Assembly (NCBI GenBank): GCA_951406725.2
Contig: OX597817.1
Location: 26,536,001-26,600,000 of the forward strand
DNA from: Octopus vulgaris
Taxonomy: Eukaryota
Reading direction: 5' to 3'
DNA length: 64,000 bases
Positions 26,322 through 38,970 of the stretch are shown piece by piece. Made by a program: the position numbers and the translations under genes. Within the stretch, counting starts at the first letter, position 1; each line of letters starts with the position of its first letter. A model generated the notes under the pieces. That model ran no database searches. It had not been told where the DNA came from and saw only the letters and a list, made by a program, of their open reading frames with translations.

Positions 26322-28378
26322 AGACACTTATGAAGACCTGTTGAGGCAAGTGAAAATCAAATCAAAACAAATCAAAATAGATGAACATCAGTGGAATTGT
26401 ATTCTTTGTGGTACCAGTGCCGGTGGCACACAAGAAAACCACCCAAACGTGGCCGTAGCCAGTACCGCATCGACTGGCCTCCGTGCTGTGGGCACAACAA
26501 ACACCATCCGATCGTGGCCGTTCGCCAGCCTCATCTGGCACCTGTGTCGGTGGCACATAAAGACACCATCCGAAGACCCGGCGACGTAGTCAGTCCACCT
26601 GTGCATACCTTCCCTCTTATGACACTTGTGAAGACCTGTTGAGGCAAGTGTGTGACACTTGTGAAGACCTTGTTGAGGCAGAGGCAAGTGTGTGACACTT
26701 GTGGAGACCTGTTGAGGCAAGTGTGTGACCCTTGTGAAGACCTGTTGAGGCAAGTGAAAATCAAAAATCAAATCAAACCAAATCAAAATAGATGAACATC
26801 AATGGAATTTGTATCTTTGTGGTTCCAGTACCGGTGGCACACAAGAAAACCATCCGAACGTGGCCGTAGCCAGTACCGCATCGACTGGCCTCCGTGCTGT
26901 GGGCACAACAAACACCATCTGATCGTGGCCGTTCGCCAGCCTCATCTGGCACCTGTGTCGGTGGCACATAAAAACACCATCTGAAGACCCGGCGACGTAG
27001 TCAGTCCACCTGTGCATACCTTCCCTCTTATGACACTTGTGAAGACCTGTTGAGGCAGAGGCAAGTGTGTGACACTTTGTGAAGACCTGTTGAGGCAGAG
27101 GCAAGTGTGTGACACTTGTGGAGACGTGTTGAGGCAAGTGTGTGACACGTGTGACACTTGTGAAGACCTGTTGAGGCAAGTGAAAATCAAACCAAATCAA
27201 AATAGATGAACATCAATGGAATTTGTATCTTTGTGGTTCCAGTACCGGTGGCACACAAGAAAACCATCCGAACGTGGCCGTAGCCAGTACCGCATCGACT
27301 GGCCTCTGTGATGTGGGCACATAACAAACACCATCCGATCGTGGCCGTCCGCCAGCCTCATCTGGCACCTGTGTCGGTGGCACATAAAAACACCAACCGA
27401 AGACCCGGCAAGACTAGTCAGGCCATAACCCATGGCCCCTACTTGGGACGTAGTCAGTCCACCTGTGCATACCTTCCTTCCTTCTTGTGACACTTGTGAA
27501 GACCTGTGAAGACCTGTTGAGGCAAGTGAAAATCAAATCAAATCAAATCAAAATAGATGAACATCAATGGAATTTGTATCTTGTGGTACCAGTGCCGGTG
27601 GCACACAAGAAAACCATCCGAACGTGGCCGTAGCCAGTACCGCATCGACTGGCCTCCGTGCTGTGGGCACGCAACAAACACCATCCGATCGTGGCCGTTC
27701 GCCAGCCTCATCTGGCACCTGTGTCGGTGGCACATAAAAACACCATCCGAAGACCCGGCAAGACTAGTCAGGCCATAACCCGTGGCCCCTACCTGGGACG
27801 TAGTCAGTCCACCTGTGCATCACCTTCCTTCTTGTGACACTTGTGAAGACCTGTTGAGGCAAGTGAAAATCAAATCAAATCAAAACAAATCAAAATAGAT
27901 GAACATCAATGGAATTTGTATCTTTGTGGTACCAGTGCCGGTGGCACACAAGAAAATCATCCGAACGTGGCCGTAGCCAGTACCGCATAGACTGGCCTCC
28001 GTGCTTTGGGGACGTAACAAACACCATCCGATCGTGGCCGTCCGCCAGCCTCATCTGGCACCTGTGTCGGTGGCACATAAAAACACCATCCGAGCGTGGC
28101 CGTCTGCCAGCCTCGTCTGGCACCTGTGTCGGTGGCACATAAAAACACCATCCGAGCGTGGCCGTTCGCCAGCCTCGTCTGGCACCTGTGTCGGTGGCAC
28201 ATAAAATCACCCACTACACTCTCGGAGTGGTTGGCGTTAGGAAGGGCATCCAGCTGTAGAAACACTGCCAGATCTGACTGGCCTGGTGCAGCCTTCGGGC
28301 TCCCCAGACCCCAGTTGAACCGTCCAACCCATGCTAGCATGGAAAACGGTCGCTAAATGATGATGATGATGATGATGA
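26322..28378 (+). repeat. Tandem array of five RTE 3'UTR units (~340-425 bp) ending in the family B tail
   Basis: gaagacctgttgaggcaagtgaaaatc recurs at about 26332, 26737, 27163, 27508 and 27845. Junctions are catc(c/t)ga|agacccggc. Homologous to the UTR following the RTE ORF at 29400-30024. Confidence 0.88.
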
Positions 28379-28516
28379 AGCATTATGAACACTAATGAAG
28401 AAACAAGTACAAATGCTAAACTTCTTATCCAAAACATAAAATACACCCCATGGTTTGAGAGCTTTTACATTATTGATGCAAACCATATTGGTTTCCCAGT
28501 GTTCTACTGTTTTACA

Positions 28517-28900
28517 TGTGGAGGCGCAATGGCCCAGTGGTTAGGGCAGCGGACTCGCGGTCATAGGATCGCGGTTTCGATTCCCAGACCGAGCGTTGTG
28601 AGTGTTTATTGAGCGAAAACACCTAAAGCTCCACGAGGATCCGGCAGGGATGGTGGTGATCCCTGCTGTACTCTTTCACCACAACTTTCTCTCACTCTTA
28701 CTTCCTGTTTCTGTTGTACCTGTATTTCAAAGGGCCGGCCTTGTCACTCTCTGTGTCACGCTGAATATCCCCAAGAACTACGTTAAGGGTACACGTGTCT
28801 GTGGAGTGCTCAGCCACTTACACATTAATTTCACGAGCAGGCTGTTCCGTTGATTCGGATCAACCGGAACCCTCGTCGTCGTAACCGATGGAGTGCTTCC
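28517..28900 (+). mobile_element. SINE family C with 11-bp TSD
   Basis: TSD actgttttaca at 28506-28516 and 28901-28911. Confidence 0.93.
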
Positions 28901-29221
28901 ACTGTTTTACAAAATGAAAAATTTGTTGATGGGATTAAAGAAAGTGAATATTGTATTTTTTTAAGACTAAAATCCTTTCCAATGTTCAAATGTTCTTGAT
29001 TCTTATTGTTTCATATGAAAAGTATCGGAAAAACGATTGTATTGGTTGTTGTAAGATAGCAGAGGGACACACTGACTGACTGACTGTCTCATAGTATTCA
29101 ACTTTGCTCCTCTAAATTGCTAGAACAAACTGTACCTAGTTAGGCATTTGTCATTCATTTTGTAGGATTAGAAAATATATACCCACTATGTTCTGTTGTC
29201 AATTCATTCATAATCCATATC

Positions 29222-30024
29222 CAGAATGGATGTGGATAGCTGTGTGAAAAAGTGCCACACCCTAGCAGTTAAGAGAACCTGTGCAAGAGGTAGACCCAAG
29301 AAGACCTGGGATGAGGTGGTGAAGCATGACCTTCGAACATTGGGCCTCACCTGAGGCAATGACTAGTGACCGGGACCTTTGGAAATATGCTGTGCTTGAT
29401 AAGACTCGGCAAGCTCAGTTGAGACCATACCATTGTGGTGTATGCCAGGGATGTAACCAGCCCACTTATGTATACCTTTCCTTCATTGGACACTAAACTC
29501 TGCTTGTGAAGACCTGTTGAGACAAGTGAAATCGAAATCAAATTCGATGACTGGCATCCATGCTAGTGGAGCGCTAAGAGTACCATACGAGTGTGATCGT
29601 TGTCAGAGCAACAAGCTGGCCTCTGTCCTGGTGGAATGTTAAATGCACCATTCGAGCATGATTGTTACCTGTGTCGCCTTACTGGCACTTGTGCCAGTGG
29701 CACGTGAAAAAACATTTGAGCGAAGTTGCTTCCAGTGCCACTGGACTTGTTCCTTTGCAGGTAGCACATAAAAAACACCATTTGAGCATGGCCGTAGCCA
29801 GTACCGCCTGACTGGTCCTCGTGCCGGTGGCACATAAAAGCACCCACAACACTCTTGGAGTGGTTGACATTAGGAAGGGCATCCAACAGTAGAAACTCTG
29901 CCAGATCAGATTGGAATCTGGTGCAGCCATCTGGTTTGCCAGACCTCAGTCAAATCGTCCAACCCATGCTAGCATGGAAAGCAGACATTAAACGATGATG
30001 ATGATGGTGATGATGATGATGATG
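29222..30024 (+). mobile_element. 5'-truncated RTE LINE: ORF C-terminus plus 3'UTR with (GAT)n tail
   Basis: MDVDSCVKKC...RGRPKKTWDEVVKHDLRTLGLT/EAMTSDRDLWKYAVLDKTRQA (GRPxKxW...DRxxW, RTE C-terminus). Confidence 0.88.
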
Positions 30025-31014
30025 ACTAGTTCCCCCTTCTTTTTTAGCAAAACCAAGACAAGAATTGGTGATGAAAATTAACTCGAACATATGTCGCAAA
30101 GAATATTTACTTAATACTTGAATAAACAGACGAGAAAATATGTTTAAAATTACTTGTGTAGCTGGATTGAATGAGATCAGACAGAAAAAATATTAGTCAT
30201 ACTGTAGCAATGAACTGATACTTTTGGAAGTAAGCACTCGTTGATATGTGACGAGGATGAATAAAAATTACAAGAAGATTAAATAGCCACTAATATTGTC
30301 CTTTTCGCAAGATGAATAGTTCTGTCAAAGTAGTTGAAACATTTCAGGTATTCAATAAAGCGCAATTCTTGTATGGTAATATAGAGTTGCTGTATGATAT
30401 TTTGTGAAGAATTGTTCAACATAAAACAATACACTGTTCCGTGTTTAGAAAAAAAAAAGCATTCTTATGCAAGCAGTTATTAAACTATAGTTCAACCATT
30501 TATCAAAATTATCTGTGGATAATATTTCTAAAAGAGAACTTGACATTATTGAGCATGTGTGTACATGTGTGTATACGGGTGTGTGTGTGTGTGCATGCAC
30601 ACGAAACTATATAATGCCTATGTTCAAATGAGCTGATGTTCAAATCTTCAGTAATTCTAGTAGCAAATGATAGAAAGTTGTTAACTCTCCTGTTGATAAA
30701 AAATTCTTCCAACTGCATAGAATTTTCATATGGAAGGTGATGTAAAATATTTTTTATTTTAATTAATTGAAACAAGTTACAAGACAATAATACTGTGCTT
30801 TCTGCAATATCTGAACATATTTTGGTGACCAGTAGTCTCTAGAAATGATTTTAATCAATCAAAATGTTTCAAATAGGTTTTGATTATTTTACACATAAAG
30901 ATATCTCTAATTGGTTTCCAGTGAAGAAGTGGGTAGTGGATGAGCAAATTCATTTTATATCAGAACAATGATTTCCACAAATTTATGTTCATATGAGTGT
31001 GGTGGCATGTGAAG

Positions 31015-31332
31015 TCACATAGCTCAGTGGTTAGAGTAACGATCTTACGACCATGAGGTTGTGAGTTTGAATCCTGGACCGGGCTACATGTTATGTTCTT
31101 GAGCAAGATACTTTATTTCACATTGCTCCAGTAGAAATGAGTTGTGATGTCACTGATGCCAAGCTGTATCAGCCATTGCCTTTCCCTTGGATAACACTGA
31201 TGGCGTGGAGAGGGGCGGTTGATTTGCATGGGTGACTGCTAGTCTTCCATAAACAACCTTGCCCGGACATGTGCCCAGGAGGGTAATTTTCTAGGAGTAA
31301 TCCTATGGTCATTTGTGACCGAAGGGGGTCTC
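31015..31332 (+). mobile_element. SINE family E (tRNA head plus CORE-like segment)
   Basis: Box A tagctcagtggttag, box B gagtttgaatcc, and gttcttgagcaagatacttt. Confidence 0.7.
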
Positions 31333-32619
31333 TGAGTGTGGTGGTAGGAGGGATAGGAAATGAGAGGGAAGGTTTGGATGCTGTATCATTGTGTTGACAT
31401 GTGTAACGAAAAGTATGAAAGGATGATGGGATTAGAAAATGCTTTTCATTGCCATTCTCCATAAAAACGTATCTGTATGGTTAGCAAAAAAAGAAATCCA
31501 TGATTTTGCTGAATGACAGTATCAACATTTTAATAATGTATTTCTGAAAATGAATTATTCAAAAATGTGGAAGCATGGAAATTGTTATTTAGAACCCATG
31601 TACCTTCAGGAATGGTTTTTCTATTGAACTGATTTCAATGGCTTGATCCTTGAGCATTTAATCTGTTTATATCTGGCCCAGGTATTCTACCTGTTTTCTG
31701 TTCAAACTGGTCACATATAGTTTGAGCATAAAACGGGTACAATTTGTGGGTAAAAAAATTCTGACTAAAAGATAATTCATATGCTAACAAAGAGCATAAG
31801 GTCACATGAGTCAATTGAAGTTTTCAACAATTAAAGTATACTTCTCAAGAATAATAAACTGCTAATGGGCTTCTTCATAATTTTCATATTCTCTGTTTCA
31901 CATACAAACTTCAGTCAACTCAAGGCAATGGTAGAAGGTACTTACTCAAAGTTACATATGATGGAATCAAATTCATAAACCGAGGAGACATTTGTTAGAT
32001 AAATATTGTTGCTCACTGAATCATTCTTATGTGTGTTCTTTTCTTTAATCATAAAAATGATGCTACCATAAAGCACTGAATCCTTGTTTCAGATTTTACT
32101 TTTCTTGAATCAACATAAGGGTTACCACTGCAGGATTTGAACTCACAATGACGAGAATAACTACAAGCAACAGCAAGAGTAACAACAATTCCGAATAGTT
32201 TTTTTTACTGTGGTTTATTTCATAAAAATTGTGTTAACGGTATTTTATTTTCTTTACCTCCTACTTGGTAACATATCATGATATACATAACAAAAACAAA
32301 AAAGTTGGTCACATCCTCTTCATTATTATCATCGTAATCATCATCCCCATCATGATCAGCATCATCTTCATTATTATCATCACCACCCTCACCATGGCTT
32401 TAAGGTAATATCTGCAATCTCATGTGTCTCTTACCTAAAACTATGTAAAACAAGAAATCAGCATGTTCCCACAATTTGCAAAGTCTGCCAAAAGGGTAAA
32501 TTAAAGTCATTGACACACCACATGCATTCAAATATAATGATACAGAAACAGTCTTTTGTATGAAGTATTTTGAATTGACATGAACCCTTAAGACATGCCT
32601 TGAGAAACTTCCGAGGATA

Positions 32620-33143
32620 AATCACGAACTTACAAACAGCACTAGACTAAATGTTATTCAAATGAAACTTCATTTGTGTAATAATAATTTGTGACTATTA
32701 ATTCTATAACAATTAGTATTTCTATAATAGGATGATGGTTGCTCCAAGTTATATTTCTTTGAGTAGACAGTAAACAAATGAAGGAATGTTACTGAGTTAG
32801 TAGAAGCAAACTGGATCATTCCCAATATATATTTCAGTATTGCTGCAATGCTAAGAATTTGTATTCATATGATTCAAAAACAATAACATACCAACATACA
32901 ATTAATGACCCATATTTAACTTATGTGCTTCCATTGAAAACCCTGCAGTCAATTCGTGTGTCTATAGAGAATATCTGCAGAGGTTTTCCTGTTGCTTTCT
33001 CTCAGGCACAAGGGAATATTTCAGCCTAGAACTGCAAGTTAACATAACATTTGTCAATTATACAGTGGTAGGTGTTATTGAACTAAAATGAGCTCCTGGT
33101 TAACAACATCTATGATAGGGCTTTGAATGCTGCAGGAAGTTAA
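32620..33143 (+). pseudogene. FN3-like decayed coding fragments
   Basis: LPRINHELTNSTRLNV; KLDHS/IYFSIAAM; QVNITFVNYTVVGVIELK*APG/NIYDRALNAAGS. Frameshifts and stops. Confidence 0.35.
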
Positions 33144-33594
33144 TTCAATTTATCTGATGCCAATGCTTTTGGGAAAAGCATGTGTGTAAACAAACACTAT
33201 TCTCTCCAAATATACAAATCTGTGATTAAGCAAGAAATTCTTGAAAGGAGATGAAGTAACAATGCTAGAGTATTTATGTTCTATTCCTCAATGTTCACAA
33301 TTTCAATATCGCCAGAGAAGATGCCTCCCATTTTTGAAACGGTAAAATAAACACCACTCAATACACAAGACTTACTTCAGTATGCTACAACTCTCCTTCA
33401 CAAATATGCAGCTTGGTGAGATGTGAGAGTTCAATTTTAGAGGGATGGAAATGATGAAGAAAGCAAGACAAGGGTCTTTTCTTTAGTTCAGTATTGCATT
33501 ATTCTGAGTTTGAATTAATTATCTTCATTTCATAGCTGAAGCTTAATCAGTTTGTATGTATGTTGATTAAGTGAAAAGATGTGAGTGTATATAT

Positions 33595-34173
33595 TCTTTT
33601 ATTCTTTTATTCTTTTACTTGTTTCAGTCATTTGACTGTGTCCATGCTGGAGCACCGACATTAGTCGAGCAAATCGACCCCAGAGCTTATTTTTTCTAAG
33701 CCTAGTAATTATTCTATCGGTCCCGTTTGCTGAACTGCTAAGTTATGGGGACATAGACACACCAGTATTGGTTGTCAAATGATGTTGGAGGGACAAACAC
33801 AGACACACAAACATATACACACACAAATATATATATATATATATCTCAATATCAGGGTAGCAAAAAATTCAAGAGAAACTTTTTCGCTACCAGCGGTCTA
33901 GTGAGAAAGAAAAAATAGTCAACTGACTATATAATGTACATTCAACAATAATATTAAGGAATGGTCTTGATAGGCCATTCGACTCACTAAAACGAGCAGC
34001 CAAACTCAAACCGCTAAATAGTAGTAATTCAGAAATCAAAGGAAAATTAAAAACATTTATGTTTTTAATGTTTTTAATTTTCCTTTGATTTCTGAATTAC
34101 TACTATTTAGCGGTTTGAGTTTGGCTGCTCATTTTAGTGAGTTGAATGGCCTATCAAGGCCATTCCTTAATAT

Positions 34174-34212
<39 letters not shown>

Positions 34213-34375
34213 TATATACGATGGGCTTCTTTCAGTTTCTGTCTACCAAATCCACTCACAAGGCTTTGGCTGGCCCAAGGTTATAGTAGAAGACACTTGC
34301 CCAAGGTGTCATGCAGTAGGAATGAACCCGGAACCATGTGGTTGGTAAGCAAGCTACTTACCACACAGCCACTCT
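33595..34375 (-). mobile_element. SINE family A containing a nested palindromic insert in its (TA)n core
   Basis: Insert at about 33845-34178 with arms about 33947-34057 and 34068-34178. Confidence 0.88.
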
Positions 34376-34639
34376 ATGTTCAAATCCCACTGGAGTAAAC
34401 CTTGCTGTTTATCCTCTCGAGGTTGAAAAGAATTAAAAGTAAAAAAACTTGTGAGAATTCGAGTAACAATCCTTTATTCAAAATATTGTACTTTTCTATG
34501 TTAGAAATCATTATTACTTTTATGCAAGGCATATAGATGACCGACCAAAGATAGGTGGGTAAGAAAAGGATAAATATAAATGACCTAGAAATGTATTGTT
34601 AAATGTGTTCTGTGGATAAGTCTGTTACTATGCTTGGTT

Positions 34640-34912
34640 TGAAAGATAAACTGAAGGATTCATTGGCTGAATAGTTCAAGGATTAATCTTCCATCATGTG
34701 GAGTGCAATTCTCAGAAATGGTCAATTGATCCTTATTGAAAATAAGTCAGCTGATGTTTTCCTTAAAATATTCTCTACCACTTATCACTGGCAATTAATC
34801 AAAGTCACCTCTACTGCCAGTTACATTCCTGTCTTGTTGTTCAGCTAACCACCAGCTGAGCCCACTACCAAGGACATCAAATGATTGTAAAACCATAGAA
34901 CCAATTAGATGG
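34640..34912 (+). pseudogene. YWTD-propeller-like decayed exon
   Basis: RIHWLNSS / SSIMWSA..LILIENKSADV / SLAINQSHLYC in shifting frames, ending at a GG|GTGAGT donor. Confidence 0.4.
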
Positions 34913-35136
34913 GTGAGTTTTGCTTGGATAGTCTTCTGTCAACAGGAGAAAGACCATAACCTATAAAGAGATGCTATACTTCATTCAACTTCTGTAAAAT
35001 GGCATTGCAAAGAGTGACAATAACAGTTGTAATTTATTTAATGCATACATTGATGAATAAGCCAACTGATAACAAGCATAGTTAAAAATCAATCAAAATG
35101 TAATACTGATGTCAATATTAAAAAAAAATTAATTAT

Positions 35137-35541
35137 AGGCGTAGGAGTGGCTGTGTAGTAAGTAGCTTGCTTACCAACCACATGGTTCCGCGTTCAGTCC
35201 CACTGCATGGTACCTTGGGCAAGTGTCTTCTAAAATAGCCTTGGGCTGACCAAAGCCTTGTCAGTGGATTTGGTAGACAGAAACTGAAAGAAGCCCGTCG
35301 TATATATGTATATATATGTATGTGTGTGTGTATATGCTTGTGTGTCTGTGTTTGTCCCCCCAACATCACTTGACAACCGATGCTGGTGTGTTTACATCCC
35401 CGTAACTTAGCAGTTCGGCAAAAGAGACTGATAGAATATGTACTAAGCTTACAAAAAATAAGTCCTAGGGTCGGTCTACTCGACTAAAGGTGGTGCTCCA
35501 GCAATGGCCACAGTCAAATGACTGAAACAAGTAAAAGAGTA
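35137..35541 (+). mobile_element. SINE family A
   Basis: Full-length match. Confidence 0.92.
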
Positions 35542-35989
35542 CTAAAGAAGATTTTAATAACCCAGAAAATTAGAATCTTTTATTTCAAAATGTAATAACA
35601 GAGAATGGAGTAAGTGGAGCAAGAACACACACAGAAATGAAAAGTCACTGAAGAGGTCACAGATGTGTGACAAAAGATTTCTGGACAACGAACAGGCATT
35701 AAAATAATAAAATAGTAGTAATAAATGAGTGAAGGGAAAAAAAAATATATAAAGTGTGTGTGTTTATTTGGCAAAAAAATTTTTAAATAATAATAATTAA
35801 TAAAATGACCATCCTGAAATAAAACAATATCTGTTTCAACACACAATTTCACATCAAGAATCTTGAAAAATAAATTGATAAACATAATATCAGCCTTTAA
35901 CTTGTATATTTCTGGCAAGCAAAGAAAATGAAAACTTCATGTCTAAATGGCTACTAATATTGCTTTGTACATATTCTACTAATATAAAT

Positions 35990-36430
35990 TGTGGTTGCCA
36001 TACCTGTGCCAGTGGCAGCACTGCCTTGACTGGCTTCCATGCGAATGGCATGTAAAAAGCACCAACCGATCATGGCTGTTGCCAGCCCCCCCTGGCACCT
36101 GTGCTGGTGGCATGTAAAAAGCACCATCTGTACGTGGCCGATGCCAGCCTCGACTGGCTTCTGTGTCGGTGGCATGTAAAAACCACCAACCGATTGTGAC
36201 CGTTGCCAGCCCCCTCCCACTGGCACCTGTGCCGGTGGCATGTAAAAAGCACCATCTGTACGTGGCCGATGCCAGTGCCGCCTTGTTGCATTCTGTGTCA
36301 TGCTGAATCTCTCTGAGAACTATGTTGAGGGTATGTGTGTCTGTGGAGTGCTCAGCCACTTGCAACGAGCAAGCTGTTCGGCTCGTCAGATCAACTGGAA
36401 CTCTTGCTGTTGTAACTGATGGAGTACCAG
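35990..36430 (+). mobile_element. Chimeric repeat: family B pseudoknot modules fused to the family C 3' half
   Basis: Four gtg(c/t).ggtggcatgtaaaaa(g/a)cacc-type modules, then gccttgt...ctgaatctc...gtggagtgctcagccac...ggagtacca. Confidence 0.75.
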
Positions 36431-37540
36431 TAGAGTCACTAGTGGCTATTAGTACTACTTCGTACATTTTCAAGTGTACAGGCAAACACATTTTAACAAG
36501 ATGAAAGACATGTTGCACCAGCGTTGTATATAGCTCTAAGTGCTGTCTATTGTACTAAAAGTTAGTAGAGAGCCCACAAACATAATGGTTCAAATTTTAA
36601 TTGTTTATCAGATTTAATTTTCTCTTGCCTCTTTTATGTCTTCTACACAGTAAAATCCATCATAATAAAGTAAACAGAAAGAAAAACAGCATGAATCAAA
36701 ATGATTTGCACTTGTTACTTCCCATGAAAATTTATTTAAAATAATTTTTATAACTTGAATTTATAATTTAAATTTTAAGACAAAACAATATATTTGTAGA
36801 GTACTTTAGAATATAATAACCAAACAGTAATTTTCCTCTTTTATTGTATTTTTCCTAAATTTATCTTATTTGATAAATGATATAATCTGATGTTGTTGTT
36901 GTTGTTGTTGTTTTTTTACACAGTTAATTTAAGTGAATATATGCTTCAACACATCTTTAATACTTGTTCTTTTTATTGCATGCAATTGTGAACAATAGCA
37001 TTGTTCAATATTTGTACTAAAATAGGGTTTCAATTACTGGTTCATTGCACAATATATTTCCATTCATGTGAAAACAACTATTTTCAGGAGCATTCAAGCA
37101 TATTTTAGATCACTAAATTGTGTGATTGCCGAGTTAGACTATCCGTATTAATTATCTTCTAAATTCATTCAGCCATATATTTTGCAGGCGTCGTTGTGGG
37201 GATACATAAGACTATGTTATTTGAGGTCTGTTTCCTCATTTAAGATAAGCTGTGATTTGAGGGAGATTTGACTATTACTTGTAGCAAACTGAATCACCAT
37301 GTAAAGGCTCTCTAATAGGTTTGATTTTGCAGGGGGATTTAATAACAAATGTTTGGCCTTACATGAGTATGAAAATCAGAATGGTCTACAATGTGACTGC
37401 AATCTTTGACAATTATTTAATTCTTCATTGTGATAATTGCCATGGCCAATTATTCCCGTTTCTACTAGAATACAGATATATATATATAAATTTTCATAGA
37501 AAGGATAGTAAATAATAAAATGGTAGAAGAATTGTCTTAA

Positions 37541-37762
37541 CCTTTTCGTTACTGTATTTATTTTGAGATGCTCTATGTTTCTTTCAATTATTTTAAATGT
37601 AACAAAGAATTTAGTAAAATAACTTAGTTATGATTAAGCTAGTGTTAGGAACATTAATCGTGACTAAGGTTTGGTGGAAGATTTTTAATTCAAAACTTAT
37701 GAAAACAAGACATTTGTACTACAGAACCAGAGCCGGTTTCAGCTGGGTTGGAAATAAAAGGG
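37541..37762. mobile_element. piggyBac-type MITE
   Basis: TTAA on both flanks (37537-37540 and 37763-37766) with CC(C/T)TTT termini. A second copy lies at 52622-52841. Confidence 0.85.
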
Positions 37763-38581
37763 TTAAAGATGACTATGATAAGGGAAAATGCTAAATTAAA
37801 CAGCAGAAATTCACAATGAGATTTTGGTTTAATTTACTAATAAGCAGTAACACAATGAATGGAACAGCAATTACTTTGGTATATTTCTGACTGAAAGGGT
37901 GACAGAGAAAATGCCTATGGGTTCCTGCAGTATGAAAAGGAAGTAGTTAAGTAGTCTCAATCATACTTAAGGTAGTGAGCCAAATATTGTAGTTATTAAA
38001 AAGTATACTAGAAGCAATGAGAATAAAAATCCCTACCATAAGGAAAGGCAGGTGGGTTGTGATCCCAGAATGTAAATGATTTAAGATGAATTAAAAATAG
38101 AATATAAATAATGCAGTGAAATGTAAAGTGAAAATTTGGCTGTACTGACAATGTGGAATAGGTTTCAGTTTTATTAAACCTCATCAGTTAGGTATAGTCA
38201 AATTATTACTGCCAAATCTCAGAAAAAATAGATGAGGTTTTATATGACAGAAGTATACCTAGAGTTATCCCTCTACTTCTAAATATCTGAAACTCCTCAC
38301 TGTATTCTATATTAATGAGGACTTCATCATCATTATCATCATCCTCGTTTAACGTCCGTTTTCCATGCTAACACGGGTTGGACATTAATGGTAAATTGTC
38401 TGTGGAATCTTCTGCTACCTACTCTCTAATTCAAGGTAAAACTAATTTAATTGATCAAACAACTAAATTCTCATCGTTGAAAGGGACATAGATCCGTTTA
38501 TTATTGGCAGCAAATGTCTTCTATTATATCCGAGGGTTGAACCAAACTTTTAGAGTGAAAGAGGATTGATGAAATCTGTAT

Positions 38582-38970
38582 GGAAGCACTCCGTCGGTTT
38601 ACGACGATGAGGGTTCCAGTTGATCCGAATCAACGGAACAGCCTGCTCGTGAAATTAACGTGTAAGTGGCTGAGCACTCCACAGACACATGTACCCTTAA
38701 TGTAGTTCTCGGGGATATTCAGCGTGACACAGATAGTGACAAGGCCGGCCCTTTGAAATACAGGTACAACAGAAACTGGAAGTAAGAGTGAGAGAAAGTT
38801 GTGGTGAAAGAGTACAGCAGGGATCACCACCATCCCCTGCCGGCGCCTCGTGGAGCTTTTTTAGGTGTTTTCGCTCAATAAACACTCACAACGCCCGGTC
38901 TGGGAATCAAAACCGCGATCCTATGACCGAGAGTTCGCTGCCCTAACCACTGGGCCATTGTGCCTCCACA
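38582..38970 (-). mobile_element. SINE family C with 13-bp TSD
   Basis: TSD atgaaatctgtat at 38569-38581 and 38971-38983. Interrupts coding-like IRLLLAANVFYYIRGLNQTF. Confidence 0.93.

Noticed and set aside
26618-26760. Short repeats resembling a CRISPR array, and CTGTTGAG...GAAA resembling a hammerhead, SECIS or K-turn
   Set aside because: No unique spacers, eukaryotic context and no cas genes. A6 is missing and there is no stem II or III. SECIS spacing is wrong and the K-turn canonical stem does not form. It is only a simple hairpin.
37075-37840. Kinase-like words LFSGAF and DFGL (also DLLQYA near 33370)
   Set aside because: Isolated, out of order and flanked by stops. HRDLAARN and the other kinase motifs were not found.
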